From positions 4,960,001 through 5,024,000 of the forward strand of contig OZ245046.1 in NCBI GenBank assembly GCA_965224245.1: a stretch of 64,000 nt of DNA, given 5' to 3'. Both the position numbers and the translations under genes were made by a program. The stretch is from Candidatus Eiseniibacteriota bacterium (GTDB taxonomy: Bacteria > Eisenbacteria > RBG-16-71-46 > CAZAMP01). Positions 9,384-19,503 of this stretch are shown here, piece after piece. Numbering within the stretch: position 1 is the first letter of the stretch; the number at the start of each line of letters is the position of its first letter. The notes under the pieces are model-generated. The model did not search any database and had not been told where the DNA came from. It was given only the letters and a program-made list of their open reading frames with translations.

Positions 9384-11126
9384 TCAATGAAGGAGGAGCG
9401 TGACCCCCGCTCGCACGCGCGACGGAACGAGCCCCGTGACGTCCAGCTCCAGCCTGGGCGATAGGCCGGAGTATCGCAGCCCCGGCCCGATCGTGAACGG
9501 GACGTACCCGACGCGCCCCCGGAATCCCCAGTCGATCGACGACCCGGCATCGGCGCGCGCGACTCCCATCTCGATCCACACCGACGGGCGATGCAAGGGA
9601 CCCCCGAGACCCACCACCGCCGTCGCCGCGGCGACCTCGCGCCCGTCTTGCAGGAAGCGGGGCGACAGCTCCAGCTGGGTGCCGAGCCAGGCCAGCGCCA
9701 GGTGGCGGAGGTATCCCACCGAGATCGCGTGCGCGGCCTCGAGATCGCCGCCCGCGACTCCCGCGCCCAGCGATCCCGACACGTAGAGCCCCGACATGCT
9801 GGGCGGATACCGCACGAGATGCACGAACCGAGTCGACGCCATATCGCGATCGCTCGCGATCGCGTGCGCCGGACCGCGCGCCAGCCACTCGGCCGGCGAT
9901 GCCCAGTCGGGGAACGCCGCGGCGGGATGCAGCTCGTCCAGACCGACGAGCGCGCGGCGCGATGCGGGCCCAGCGTCGGACGCGACGTCGTCCCCGTCGA
10001 CCGGCGCCGGGCCGATCGACGGATCGTGGAGGCCCTCCTCCCGGAGCTGCGGCCGGTACGCGGCCGGGCGAATCCCGTCCTCGTCCGGCGTGCCGGCCTT
10101 CCGGCGCCAGGCCGCCCAGATCGGGGTCGGGAGCGCGGCCAGCGACCCGAGCCGCTGATCGGTCAGCCACGCCGGACCCGATCGGTCGGCCGACCACTCC
10201 CGGACGATCGTCTCGGGCTCACGACCCAGAGGATCGCGAGCCACCCAGCGGTCCAGGTAGGGCGGCAGCGGGCGCGAGCGCGACACGATCGCGGTCAGGA
10301 ACAGCTCGCGCACCGCCTCCTGCGACGCCGCCATCACCCGGCAGAGGTGCGGGTGGTACCACTCGAGCTGATCGCGGCCGTGCGCCTGCCACACGTGACC
10401 GAGGTGATCGATCACGTAGACCCCGTTGCCGGCGAAGTAGCGTTCGGCGTCGCGCCGGTTCCGCGACAGCGCGAGGAACGGTCCGGAGCCTCGCGCGTCG
10501 AGCATTCGATCGGCGCTCATCGCGTCGACGAGATAGCCCAGCGCCGCGGCCTCGTGGGCGAGCGCGAACGACCAGGCGGGGTCCGAGGCGAGGGTGTCGG
10601 TGGCCATCGCGGCGAATCGCAGCGCGACCACGTGGTTCACCAGGAAGCCACAGACGGCGTTCGGGCCCGGGTCGATCCCGAGCGGCGTCGTGTGCCCGAG
10701 CCATCCCGGATCGAGGGACTCCGAGCCCACGCTCTCGGCGAAGCGCGCTTGTGCATGCGCCCATGCCGTCGCGACGTCCGCGACCGTCAGATCGGCGAGC
10801 TGTTCGAGGACGGACTCGTCCCGGTCGCGAACGCGCGAGCCCCCACCGGCCCGACTCAGTCGCTCGGCGAGCGAGCCGATCGAGAGCGTCACGTCACCGG
10901 CATCGATCGCACGCGTCGAGTCGAGCCGCACGTCGCCGAACACCCGGGGAAGGTCCTCGACGTCGGGCCGGCAGACGTCGTCGATCGCCCGGCTCCGGTA
11001 CGTGAGGTCGGCGATCATCCGGACCGGGTGGGGGGCCAGGTTCCGGGGCGACGAGCAGCCGGCACCGAGCGCGGCGGCTACGACCGCGATGCCGGCGAGG
11101 AGTGGTCGGACTCGGCTTCGGGACAT
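9384..11126 (-). CDS. Lipoprotein with degenerate Zn-phospholipase C-like region and C-terminal beta-barrel
   Basis: Start reassigned to MSRSRVRP (11126); lipobox GAGC; AALGYLVDAMSADR and GVYVIDHLGHVWQAHG; amphipathic C-terminal strands. Confidence 0.65.
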   Translation of the reverse strand: MSRSRVRPLLAGIAVVAAALGAGCSSPRNLAPHPVRMIADLTYRSRAIDDVCRPDVEDLPRVFGDVRLDSTRAIDAGDVTLSIGSLAERLSRAGGGSRVRDRDESVLEQLADLTVADVATAWAHAQARFAESVGSESLDPGWLGHTTPLGIDPGPNAVCGFLVNHVVALRFAAMATDTLASDPAWSFALAHEAAALGYLVDAMSADRMLDARGSGPFLALSRNRRDAERYFAGNGVYVIDHLGHVWQAHGRDQLEWYHPHLCRVMAASQEAVRELFLTAIVSRSRPLPPYLDRWVARDPLGREPETIVREWSADRSGPAWLTDQRLGSLAALPTPIWAAWRRKAGTPDEDGIRPAAYRPQLREEGLHDPSIGPAPVDGDDVASDAGPASRRALVGLDELHPAAAFPDWASPAEWLARGPAHAIASDRDMASTRFVHLVRYPPSMSGLYVSGSLGAGVAGGDLEAAHAISVGYLRHLALAWLGTQLELSPRFLQDGREVAAATAVVGLGGPLHRPSVWIEMGVARADAGSSIDWGFRGRVGYVPFTIGPGLRYSGLSPRLELDVTGLVPSRVRAGVTLLLH

Positions 11127-12391
11127 GGGGCTCCCCAGTTGGTCACCAAGAAGTCGATCGCGTTCTGTCCGATGATGGCGTTCGCCGCGCGCTCCCCGAA
11201 CGCGTGCACGAGCCTCGCGCGCAGCCGGCCGATCTGGCTGACGCGCTCGATGTCGTAGGGCCCGGGAATGTAGCCCTCGAAGTCGGTTCCGATCGCGACG
11301 TGATCGAAGCCGCCGGTCAGCTTGCCGACGTGCTGGGTGGTCCGGACCACGTCGTCGAGACCGCCGTATGCGCGCGCCAGGGGCTGGGTGGCGTAGTTGC
11401 CCAGGAAGTACGGCATCAGAATGACGCCGACGACGCCGCCGCGGCTCGCGATCTCCTGGATGAGCTCGTCGGGAAGCGAGTACGGGTGCGCGCCGAGCGC
11501 GGCCACCGAGGAGTGCGTGGCCAGCACCGGGTACCGCGACACGCGCAGCACGTCGGCCACGGTTGGCGCCGCCGCGTGCGAGACGTCGACCAGGACGCCG
11601 GCGTCGTTCATCGCGCTCACGATGTCGGCGCCCAGCGCCGTCAACCCGTGTCGCGGCGGCGGGGTGAACGCATCCGGAAAGAACGGGATCGCATTGCCGC
11701 TGGCGCCGACCCCCCTTCCGAAGAAGTGCGTGACCGTGATCAGCGCGACGCCGCGGTCGGCGAACATCCTCACCGCATCCGGTGAGCCGCCGAGGTGATG
11801 ACCTCCCTCGAGGGTGTGCACGACCGCGATCCGGTAGTCGGGGTGGATCTCGCCGTCGTCCGTCGTCTTCCGGGCGTCGGTGAGCCGCTTCAGGTCCGCC
11901 GGTGTTCGTGCGAGCTCCGCGTACGGCGCCGCCGTCGTGGAGAGCTCGAACTCCAGCTGGTCCAGCATGCGCAGCGCCTGACGCGGCGCGTCGGGATTCG
12001 GATCGACGGGCATCGACGCGAACTCGTCGAACAGGTTGAAGTGCGCGACCGCCATCATGTCGATGCCCGCGCGCCACGCCCGCTCCCAGCTCACGTCGGT
12101 GTGATTCAAGAGGTTCTCGGCCAGGTCGGCCAGGGCGGGCGCGGACGTGCCCACGGCGCTGTACCGGATCCAGCTGGCGATCAGCGGATGCACGTGGAGA
12201 TCGGCGAGCTGGCGACGCGACAGATCGTTCGCGAGCGCCGGGGGTGCCGGCAGGCCTGACGCCGCCATCGCGGCGACCGCCGCAGCGGTGGTGCGGAGAA
12301 ACCGCCGGCGGCTCATGTCCTGACCCGACGCGAGGCCCTTCGACGGCCGATCGACTCGCGACGCGCGAGGCGGCCCAGGCACGGGCGTCAT
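11078..12391 (-). CDS. Tat-exported membrane dipeptidase (peptidase M19 family)
   Basis: SRRRFL twin-arginine signal; DLHVH, LEGG, GLTALG, VDVSH, ATHS, IGTDFEG. Start is 12391 (GGAGAGG upstream) or 12316. Confidence 0.9.
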   Translation of the reverse strand: MTPVPGPPRASRVDRPSKGLASGQDMSRRRFLRTTAAAVAAMAASGLPAPPALANDLSRRQLADLHVHPLIASWIRYSAVGTSAPALADLAENLLNHTDVSWERAWRAGIDMMAVAHFNLFDEFASMPVDPNPDAPRQALRMLDQLEFELSTTAAPYAELARTPADLKRLTDARKTTDDGEIHPDYRIAVVHTLEGGHHLGGSPDAVRMFADRGVALITVTHFFGRGVGASGNAIPFFPDAFTPPPRHGLTALGADIVSAMNDAGVLVDVSHAAAPTVADVLRVSRYPVLATHSSVAALGAHPYSLPDELIQEIASRGGVVGVILMPYFLGNYATQPLARAYGGLDDVVRTTQHVGKLTGGFDHVAIGTDFEGYIPGPYDIERVSQIGRLRARLVHAFGERAANAIIGQNAIDFLVTNWGAPCPEAESDHSSPASRS

Positions 12392-12797
12392 GGCGTGCGA
12401 CCTCTCCCGATGGCGTCCGGATTCACTCGACGCGCGCGTACGTGACGATTGAGACCGCAATGTACCAGCATGCGTCGGGCCCCTCAATTCGCGTCGCGGT
12501 GGTCGGCACGGCGCGGGCGATGATCCTCTAACACAAAGTTATTCATGCATTTGAAGCGACGACCGTCGCGGGCGGGTCGGCGTCCTGGAGCCATCGGTTC
12601 GATGCGTTCGGGCACCGAACGACGGCTGTCTCCGGTTTCCCCACGGGCCCGGGTTACACATCGAGCCCCGAGTGCGCCTCTCCCCATGTCGGCAGGTACG
12701 CCGTAGCTCGTCTCCCCCGCGACCTCCTCCTCGCGGGCCGACGGAGCCGGCGCGCCCGTAACCCGTTGGTCCGCAGTAATCGATGAGGATGAGAACG

Positions 12798-15653
12798 ATG
12801 TCGAAGACGAGATGGAATGCCTTGACACTGGCGTGTATCGCCACCGTCGCGACCCTCGGCGCCGTCGCGGACGCGTCGTTCGCCGAGAGCGCCGATGCGC
12901 ACAGGACGCACCCCTCCGAGAGCATCCCGTTCGGCCCGGGGACACCGGCTCCGCCCGATCCGGACAACCGGTGCGAGCTCTCACGCGTGTACCTGAGCCA
13001 CGGTGAAACGCTGTCACCCGCGGCCGCGTCCGCGGAACGCGCATGCGACCTCGTGACCGATCGGTCCCCGGCCACCGCGATCACGATCCCCGGCGCGGAC
13101 CACGCGCTCGAGATCCGCTTCATCGGCGCGCCGCGATGGGTCAACCGGGTCTCGGTGGACACCGACGGCGACGTGAGCATCGATGCCTGGATGCTCGACG
13201 GCTCGTGGAAGCCCCTGGGCACCGTCGCCGCCGGCGAGGTCCTGGAGACGTCCGATCTCCGCGTCCGGGGTCTCAGGGTCTCCCCGCCGGATCCGGCTCA
13301 GGGTGACCTGGCGATCTCCGACGTCGACGCGCGGTGGGTTCAGTTCGATCCCGATCATGGATCCGACACCGCGCGCAGCGGCGGCTACCTCTATCACTAC
13401 GACTGGGTCAACGACTACCCATGGACGTCGAACCTCAGCAAGTGCGACAACGACGCGAGGGGACTGCGCGACAAGCTCCCGGGCTGGGGCTGGGGCGGTC
13501 ACGGCAACTCGAGCGCACACGAGCATCACTTCGTACGCGACGACATCGGATCGGGGCAGAACACGAACCACATCGACTGGGCCGACCTGAGCTACTTCTC
13601 GGGGCACGGGAGCGGCTCGATCTACGACGGCGGCTACGAAGCGAACTACGGTGCGATGCGGTTCGGCGTCTCGGTCGATGGCACGGCCATGAATCCCAGC
13701 GAGGGCTATCACGCGTGGGGCAACTCGAACATGGAGTGGCTGATGGCCACGTCCTGCCAGACGCTCAACGACGTCTCGCGCGGCGTGTGGTACCACACCA
13801 TGGCGGGCATGCACCTGTTCTGCGGCACCGTCACGAACATCTACGACAAGGACTACGGCAGCGCGATCGGTCGGAAGCTCGTGGACTCGGGTGCGTTCGA
13901 CTCGGCGGACAAGGTGCGCATCGCGTGGTTCGACGCGCTCGACTATCGCAACTACTCGGGCATGGCCCAGATCGTCGGCGAGACGTCGAGCTGCGGCAAC
14001 GACTACATCTGGGGCCAGGGCTCGGTGGTGGCCGACCCGACCCACGACGGCTACTACGCCTACTGGCACCGGGATCTCTCGGGCCTGCGCGAGCCCGGTG
14101 AGTCGATCCTCGAGACGCACATGATCTCGAACCCCGAGCGGTACCGCCCGCCCTCCGATCCCGTCGTGTTCGCCAGGACCGGCGAGAACGGCATCCGGGT
14201 ATCCATCGATCGGTCCGTGATGTCGCAACGACGCGGCACCTTCGTGACCTCCTACCTGGTCGTCTCGACTGCCGCCGAGCCGGTCTACGTTCGGGGCATC
14301 GCGGACGCGATCTGTGCCCGCACCGGTGCGCTCTGCGGCGGCGACATCGGCCCCGGACACGAGGGCGAGATGTGCCTCGTGGTGGGCCCCGACGAGCTGA
14401 CCGTGTACGACGGCAGCGGTGGCTGGGAGTTCAAGGACGTCGAGTCCTGGCTCGCGTGGCACACGACGCCGCCCGCCATTCCCATGGGCACCGCGGCGCA
14501 GGCGCTGGCCGACGGCGTCGTCCGCGACGTCCTCGGCGCGATGCCGGACGACGCGGTGTTCGATCGCGTCGACTACATCGGGCAAGGCGGCATGTTCGCG
14601 CCCGAAGACGGACCGGAACGGATCGATCCCGACAGCACGTTCACCATCGGATCGCGCGCGCTGTATCAGCGGCGCATCGCCGACGGACCGAACAGCTATC
14701 CCGTCGTGGGTGGCGCCAAGATGTCCGTCACGTTCGGGAACGGCGGCGACGTGGATCGCTTCTTCGTGAACGGATGGCGGAAGATGGTGCCCGGCGAGTC
14801 GGTGCCGGTGATCGACTTCTCGGAGGTCGTCGACGGACTGACCGAGAACGGCTGGGCGGCCACCGTCGACCCGATCCGCACGCCGGCCGACGAGATCCAG
14901 ATCACCGACGTGGAGATCGGCTACTACGAGCCCGGCGCCGACATCGACGTGGACGAGATCAAGCCGGTGTACGTGATTCGCGCCAACCTCCTGGTCGACG
15001 GCGAGTCGACCGGGACCCCGGCCGAGTTCTATGCGTGGGTCGAGTATCCGGGGCTGACCGGAGAGATCCTCAGCCCGGCCGACAGCAGCGTGGTCGAGCC
15101 CGGCTCGATCGTCTGCTTCGACGCGCGCGGAAACGGTGGTGCGCCGCCCTACACGTACGAGTGGGTCGACGAGACCGGCGCGGTCGTGGGGGTAGGTGAG
15201 TCGATCTGCATCCCGGTCGACCTTCCGCCGCTGGGGCACGAGGAGCAGGAGTACGTCCGCACGTTCGAGGTGCGCGTGCGCGACAGCGACGGCAACGAGG
15301 CGAACGACGAGGTGCGCGTGTACCTGGCCGATGCGCTGGCCACCGAGAGCGTGTCGAGCCCCGTCGCGTTCACGCTGGGTCAGAACCGACCGAACCCGTT
15401 CAACCCGCGCACGACGATCTCGTTCGAGATCCCGACGTCGGCGGGCGATGCGGTCGACGTTCACCTCGCCATCTACGACGCGCGGGGACGCCGCGTGCGG
15501 ACGCTGGTCGACGGCGCGCGCGTGCCCAACCGTTACACGGTCACCTGGGACGGCATGGATGACTCGGGGCTCGCGGTGTCGAGCGGGATCTACTTCTCGC
15601 GGCTCGAGGCGCCCGGGTTCCAGGCCACGCGACAGATGACGCTCATCAGATGA
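12798..15653 (+). CDS. Secreted DUF6345-like protein with PKD-like and C-terminal FlgD-Ig domains
   Basis: Signal peptide; DWADLSYFSGHG...WGNSNMEWLMATSCQTL...GMHLFCG; terminal QNRPNPFNPRTTISF...TWDGMDDSG...SGIYF. Confidence 0.8.
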   Translation: MSKTRWNALTLACIATVATLGAVADASFAESADAHRTHPSESIPFGPGTPAPPDPDNRCELSRVYLSHGETLSPAAASAERACDLVTDRSPATAITIPGADHALEIRFIGAPRWVNRVSVDTDGDVSIDAWMLDGSWKPLGTVAAGEVLETSDLRVRGLRVSPPDPAQGDLAISDVDARWVQFDPDHGSDTARSGGYLYHYDWVNDYPWTSNLSKCDNDARGLRDKLPGWGWGGHGNSSAHEHHFVRDDIGSGQNTNHIDWADLSYFSGHGSGSIYDGGYEANYGAMRFGVSVDGTAMNPSEGYHAWGNSNMEWLMATSCQTLNDVSRGVWYHTMAGMHLFCGTVTNIYDKDYGSAIGRKLVDSGAFDSADKVRIAWFDALDYRNYSGMAQIVGETSSCGNDYIWGQGSVVADPTHDGYYAYWHRDLSGLREPGESILETHMISNPERYRPPSDPVVFARTGENGIRVSIDRSVMSQRRGTFVTSYLVVSTAAEPVYVRGIADAICARTGALCGGDIGPGHEGEMCLVVGPDELTVYDGSGGWEFKDVESWLAWHTTPPAIPMGTAAQALADGVVRDVLGAMPDDAVFDRVDYIGQGGMFAPEDGPERIDPDSTFTIGSRALYQRRIADGPNSYPVVGGAKMSVTFGNGGDVDRFFVNGWRKMVPGESVPVIDFSEVVDGLTENGWAATVDPIRTPADEIQITDVEIGYYEPGADIDVDEIKPVYVIRANLLVDGESTGTPAEFYAWVEYPGLTGEILSPADSSVVEPGSIVCFDARGNGGAPPYTYEWVDETGAVVGVGESICIPVDLPPLGHEEQEYVRTFEVRVRDSDGNEANDEVRVYLADALATESVSSPVAFTLGQNRPNPFNPRTTISFEIPTSAGDAVDVHLAIYDARGRRVRTLVDGARVPNRYTVTWDGMDDSGLAVSSGIYFSRLEAPGFQATRQMTLIR

Positions 15654-15901
15654 CGTGATGGCGGGCCGTCGGCGCCCAGGTCGTCGGACCTTGCGCGGCG
15701 ACGGCGGCCGGCCCCGAACGGCCCTCATCACGTCCTGCCCCGGGACGCCGATCCGGTCACTGGAGCCGGGTCGGCGTCTCTTCTTCTCCACCGGCGCATC
15801 TCAGCCGTCCGGCGGCCGCCGGATCCATCCCGGGCCCTCTTCGAGCCGATGAATCCACCATCTCGATTGGACACCATTCCCGCTCGAACAGGAGATCGAA
15901 G

Positions 15902-17248
15902 ATGAAGCTCGCCAGCCTCGGTGCCCTCGCCCTCATGGGTGCGATCGGGTTCTCGACCGGATGCTCGCCCGCCGCCATGAAGCAGCAAACGCTCGTCCCG
16001 GAGCTCACGTCACCGCCCGCCGGCGTGCGCTCGGTGCGCACGATGTCCACGACCACGCCCGAGGTCGTGGAGATCTCCAGCCGCGGGGGCTCGATGCAGC
16101 TGGGACTGTACGAGCTCGGCGAGCTCGTGCGCCTCGATCTCGTCCTGCACAACGACACGGACAAGCCGCTGCGCCTCCCCGCGTCGTTCTTCACGCTGGC
16201 CGATGCGAACGGGGTCGAGATGGTGCGGCTCGACACGCACGACGCGGCCAATCGCACGCTGGTCGACGAGGACACGGGGCCGTACACGCCGAAGGTCCAC
16301 GCCACCGCGCGCGCGACCGGGTCCGACGACCCGGCGGACGACGCGCACCGCTCGCGCGGGTCGATCGCGCTGGGCATGGCCGGCGACGAGGGCATGTCGG
16401 CGATCATGGCCGCCGAGGCGATCTACGCGACCGGGCTCGCGGACGAGACCGAGATCGAGCCCCACGCGACCCTCCACGCGACGGCCTACTGGGAGAACGT
16501 GGCGAAGAAGGCGTATCCCCTGGTGCTCGGCATCCCGCAGCTCGGTCATGCGCTTCACTACATGCCCGGCACCGCCTGGCACGCCCGGGCGACGCCGGGC
16601 GCCGGGCGCCACGACACCGCCCCGCCGCTGCCGTCCGACCAGCGCACCGGGTCGACGTCGTTCTTCCTGTACGGGTCGTACAACACGTACGCGATGGGCG
16701 ACGTGAACGATCAGATCGACGCGACGAACGAGACGATCGATCCGCTGGCGCTGGACCGGGTGACCGGCGGGATGGGCTTCGGCGTCGACGTCCTCCAGCG
16801 TCGGAGCCGGCACTGGACCTTCGGCCTCGGCGCCGAGCGTCTCCTGGGCAGGACGAACGTCAGCCAGGACGGGAGCGAGCTCGCGTACAACGTCGACGGC
16901 TGGGCTTTCCGTGCGCTGACGCAGTACGCGCTGATCGGCGGCCGCGGCATGCGCGTGTCCCTCGAGGGAGGCGCCGGTATGGTCATGACCACCGCCAGCG
17001 TGTTCGCGTCGGAGGACGGCGTCGAGGCGGAGATCGATCTGAAGGGCAAGGGTCTCATGGCGGAGGCCGGCCTGCCGATCGAGTTCCCGGTCAGCGATCG
17101 GGCGGCGTTCGTGACGCGCGTCGGCTACCGCCACGCGGTCGTGAGCAAGACCGAGGCGCTCGGCGTGGAGCTGGAGACCGCCGACGGCGATCCGTACACG
17201 ATCGACTACTCGGGGGCCACGATGCACGTGGGGTTCCGGGTGCGCTGA
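15902..17248 (+). CDS. Lipoprotein with N-terminal Ig-like domain and C-terminal outer-membrane beta-barrel
   Basis: Lipobox STGC; amphipathic strands ending YSGATMHVGFRVR; RBS AGGAG. Confidence 0.75.
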   Translation: MKLASLGALALMGAIGFSTGCSPAAMKQQTLVPELTSPPAGVRSVRTMSTTTPEVVEISSRGGSMQLGLYELGELVRLDLVLHNDTDKPLRLPASFFTLADANGVEMVRLDTHDAANRTLVDEDTGPYTPKVHATARATGSDDPADDAHRSRGSIALGMAGDEGMSAIMAAEAIYATGLADETEIEPHATLHATAYWENVAKKAYPLVLGIPQLGHALHYMPGTAWHARATPGAGRHDTAPPLPSDQRTGSTSFFLYGSYNTYAMGDVNDQIDATNETIDPLALDRVTGGMGFGVDVLQRRSRHWTFGLGAERLLGRTNVSQDGSELAYNVDGWAFRALTQYALIGGRGMRVSLEGGAGMVMTTASVFASEDGVEAEIDLKGKGLMAEAGLPIEFPVSDRAAFVTRVGYRHAVVSKTEALGVELETADGDPYTIDYSGATMHVGFRVR

Positions 17249-17416
17249 TCCGGCAAGACCGCCTGGAGCGCCGCGCACGGTCGGCGCTACCGGGTCGTCC
17301 CGGTGCTGGGAGACGGGTCGGGCTCATCCTGGATCGACGAATCGGCCGGATGGACGCCCGTCGGGCACTCGAATGCGGTACGATTCCGGTTCGGGGCCAG
17401 CACCGGGAGGTACAGG

Positions 17417-19378
17417 ATGACCCGGAACGTCCGCACCGCATGGCTGCTCGGTTCGTGCCTGGCGCTCCCGGCCGCCTCCGAGCCGGTCACGTGGATGGCG
17501 ACCGAGACGGTCGACACGGGGGTCGCCGAGCTCTCACACGTCGGCGCACGCGCTCTCGTCTACGTCGAGGATGCGTGGCTCGTGGCCTACGTCGCCTCGG
17601 GCGAGGTCGTCGTGCGAGAGCGGGACGACGTCGCCGGGTGGGGTGCGCCTCAGCCGATGACGTCCGGCGCGGGCGTGGTCAGCGCGCCCCAGCTCGCCTA
17701 CTCCGGTGGGATCGTCCACCTCGTCTGGGAGGACGACCGGAACGGCCACCCCGAGATTTACACCCGGCGCCACGACGGCATCGCGTGGACGGCCGAGGAC
17801 TGCCTCACCTGTGACGAGGTCCGGTCCGCCGCCGCCGCACTCGCGGGGCGGGATCGCCACGAGACCGGACCCAACGACGACGCATTCGTCGTGTGGGAAG
17901 AGGGCTCGATCGGAAGCACCGCGATTCGCGGGCGCCTGTTCACCGGCGGCGCCTGGCAGTCCGACGTGCCGATCTCGCTCAGCCCCGCGTCGGCCGGCGA
18001 GCCGGCGATCGCCCGGCGGCGGGGCTCGTTCGCGTTCACGTGGACGGACACGCGAAACGGCGAGCTCGACATCTATCATCGCCACGGGCGAACGAGCCTC
18101 TCCTCCGAGACCAACGTGACGGCGTTCATCACCGGCGACGCGATACGAAGCTCGATCCGGTGCGAGAGCGAGATGACCGACTACGAGGAGCCGTTCGACG
18201 TCATCACGTATCGCGGGCACATCGGGTCGTTTCCGATCCTGTCCGCGGTGGTCGTCGCCTACGACACCCTGTGGCCGATCGAAGGCATCGGCGGCGGCGC
18301 GGACGCCGTCGCCCAGACGTCCTCCTTCGCGAAGCCGACCGCCGACTTCTGCTCGTTCTGGGGCGGTATTCTGAGTCGCGGCGAGTGGCTGACGGCGACG
18401 AGCGCGGGTGCCGACGGCGCCCGGACCGCGAGCGTCCTCTGCTTCACGGAGCTGCCGGAGGGCGTCGTCGAGGCATCGGAGACGATGACGTCGACCGGGA
18501 TAGGCGCCCTGCATCTGGGCGCCTACGAGGGCAAGCCACAGGCGAAGCTGATGGCGCTGTGGGTCGAGGACGTCGGAGGCACGGCCACGCTGAAGGCGCG
18601 GCGCGGCTCCGAGATCGGCGGCAGCGCGTCCACCGTCGTCCAGACGTCTCCCTCCCTGCTGATCTCACCGGAGGGAACACTGGCGTCGTCGGCGGTCGTC
18701 GAGGACACGTACTCCGGTGAGACGGTGAGCTGCGAGGCGTGCCTGTATTTCGAGAGCGTTGCGGTGTTCGATTCCGGCGAGACGGTCTACTGCGAGGATC
18801 CGCCGGGTCCGTTCACGTGGACCGTGCGCGGCGGCGGCTGCGATCCCTCGGGCCGCGCCACCATCTCGAGCACGCAGGACGATCTCGGCTTCCAGTGGAT
18901 CGGGGTCCGTTCACCCGACGTCGACGGAAACTGCCTGGTGGACCTGGGTGATCGCGCCTACGTGGAGGCGATGCAGGGCACGAGCGACTTCTGCGCCGAT
19001 CTCGACGGATCGGGTCTCGTGGACGCGACCGATCTGGCCATCGTCGACGGGACCCTGGGTGACGCGTGCGCGAGCGTCGGCGTGGAGAACACCGTGCCCG
19101 GGATCGTCCGCCCCCGACTGTCGCTCGCGCCGAACCCGGCTCGGTCCACGGCGATCATTCGTCTCACGGCGGGAGGACCGTCCTCGGCCACGATGACCGT
19201 TCTCGATGCGGCCGGCCGCCGTGTGCGGGAGCTCGCCGCGGACGTGAGCGAGGGGCAGGCGACCGTGCCATGGGACCTCACGGACGGACGAGGGGTCCGG
19301 GTCGGCGCCGGCACCTACTTCGTCGTCGCGCGAGTCGCGGACACGACGTCGCGGGCGCGGCTCATCGTGATCGATTGA
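17417..19378 (+). CDS. Secreted beta-propeller-like protein with dockerin-like Ca loops and FlgD-Ig tail
   Basis: ATG at 17417 after GGGAGG; repeats HLVWEDDRNG/FVVWEE/FTWTDTRNG; SPDVDGNCLVD and ADLDGSGLVD; APNP...WDLTDGRG...GTYFV. Confidence 0.8.
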   Translation: MTRNVRTAWLLGSCLALPAASEPVTWMATETVDTGVAELSHVGARALVYVEDAWLVAYVASGEVVVRERDDVAGWGAPQPMTSGAGVVSAPQLAYSGGIVHLVWEDDRNGHPEIYTRRHDGIAWTAEDCLTCDEVRSAAAALAGRDRHETGPNDDAFVVWEEGSIGSTAIRGRLFTGGAWQSDVPISLSPASAGEPAIARRRGSFAFTWTDTRNGELDIYHRHGRTSLSSETNVTAFITGDAIRSSIRCESEMTDYEEPFDVITYRGHIGSFPILSAVVVAYDTLWPIEGIGGGADAVAQTSSFAKPTADFCSFWGGILSRGEWLTATSAGADGARTASVLCFTELPEGVVEASETMTSTGIGALHLGAYEGKPQAKLMALWVEDVGGTATLKARRGSEIGGSASTVVQTSPSLLISPEGTLASSAVVEDTYSGETVSCEACLYFESVAVFDSGETVYCEDPPGPFTWTVRGGGCDPSGRATISSTQDDLGFQWIGVRSPDVDGNCLVDLGDRAYVEAMQGTSDFCADLDGSGLVDATDLAIVDGTLGDACASVGVENTVPGIVRPRLSLAPNPARSTAIIRLTAGGPSSATMTVLDAAGRRVRELAADVSEGQATVPWDLTDGRGVRVGAGTYFVVARVADTTSRARLIVID

Positions 19379-19503
19379 ACGACGCCGCCGTCCACCGCGA
19401 CCGGTGACGTTCGGCGAGCGAACACGCGCAGAAGGCCGGAGATGACACGCCACGTCTCATCTCCTACACTCGACGCCGATCCGACGCCACCGACCCCATC
19501 CCC

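Noticed and set aside
11127-12077. N-terminal 317 aa of the 897-aa ORF
   Set aside because: Off-frame overlap with the dipeptidase gene; the true start is at the lipoprotein signal (11126)
12757-12785. Third copy of the CGTAAC promoter motif upstream of the DUF6345-like gene
   Set aside because: The -35-like hexamer is present but there is no CGAC at 16-nt spacing
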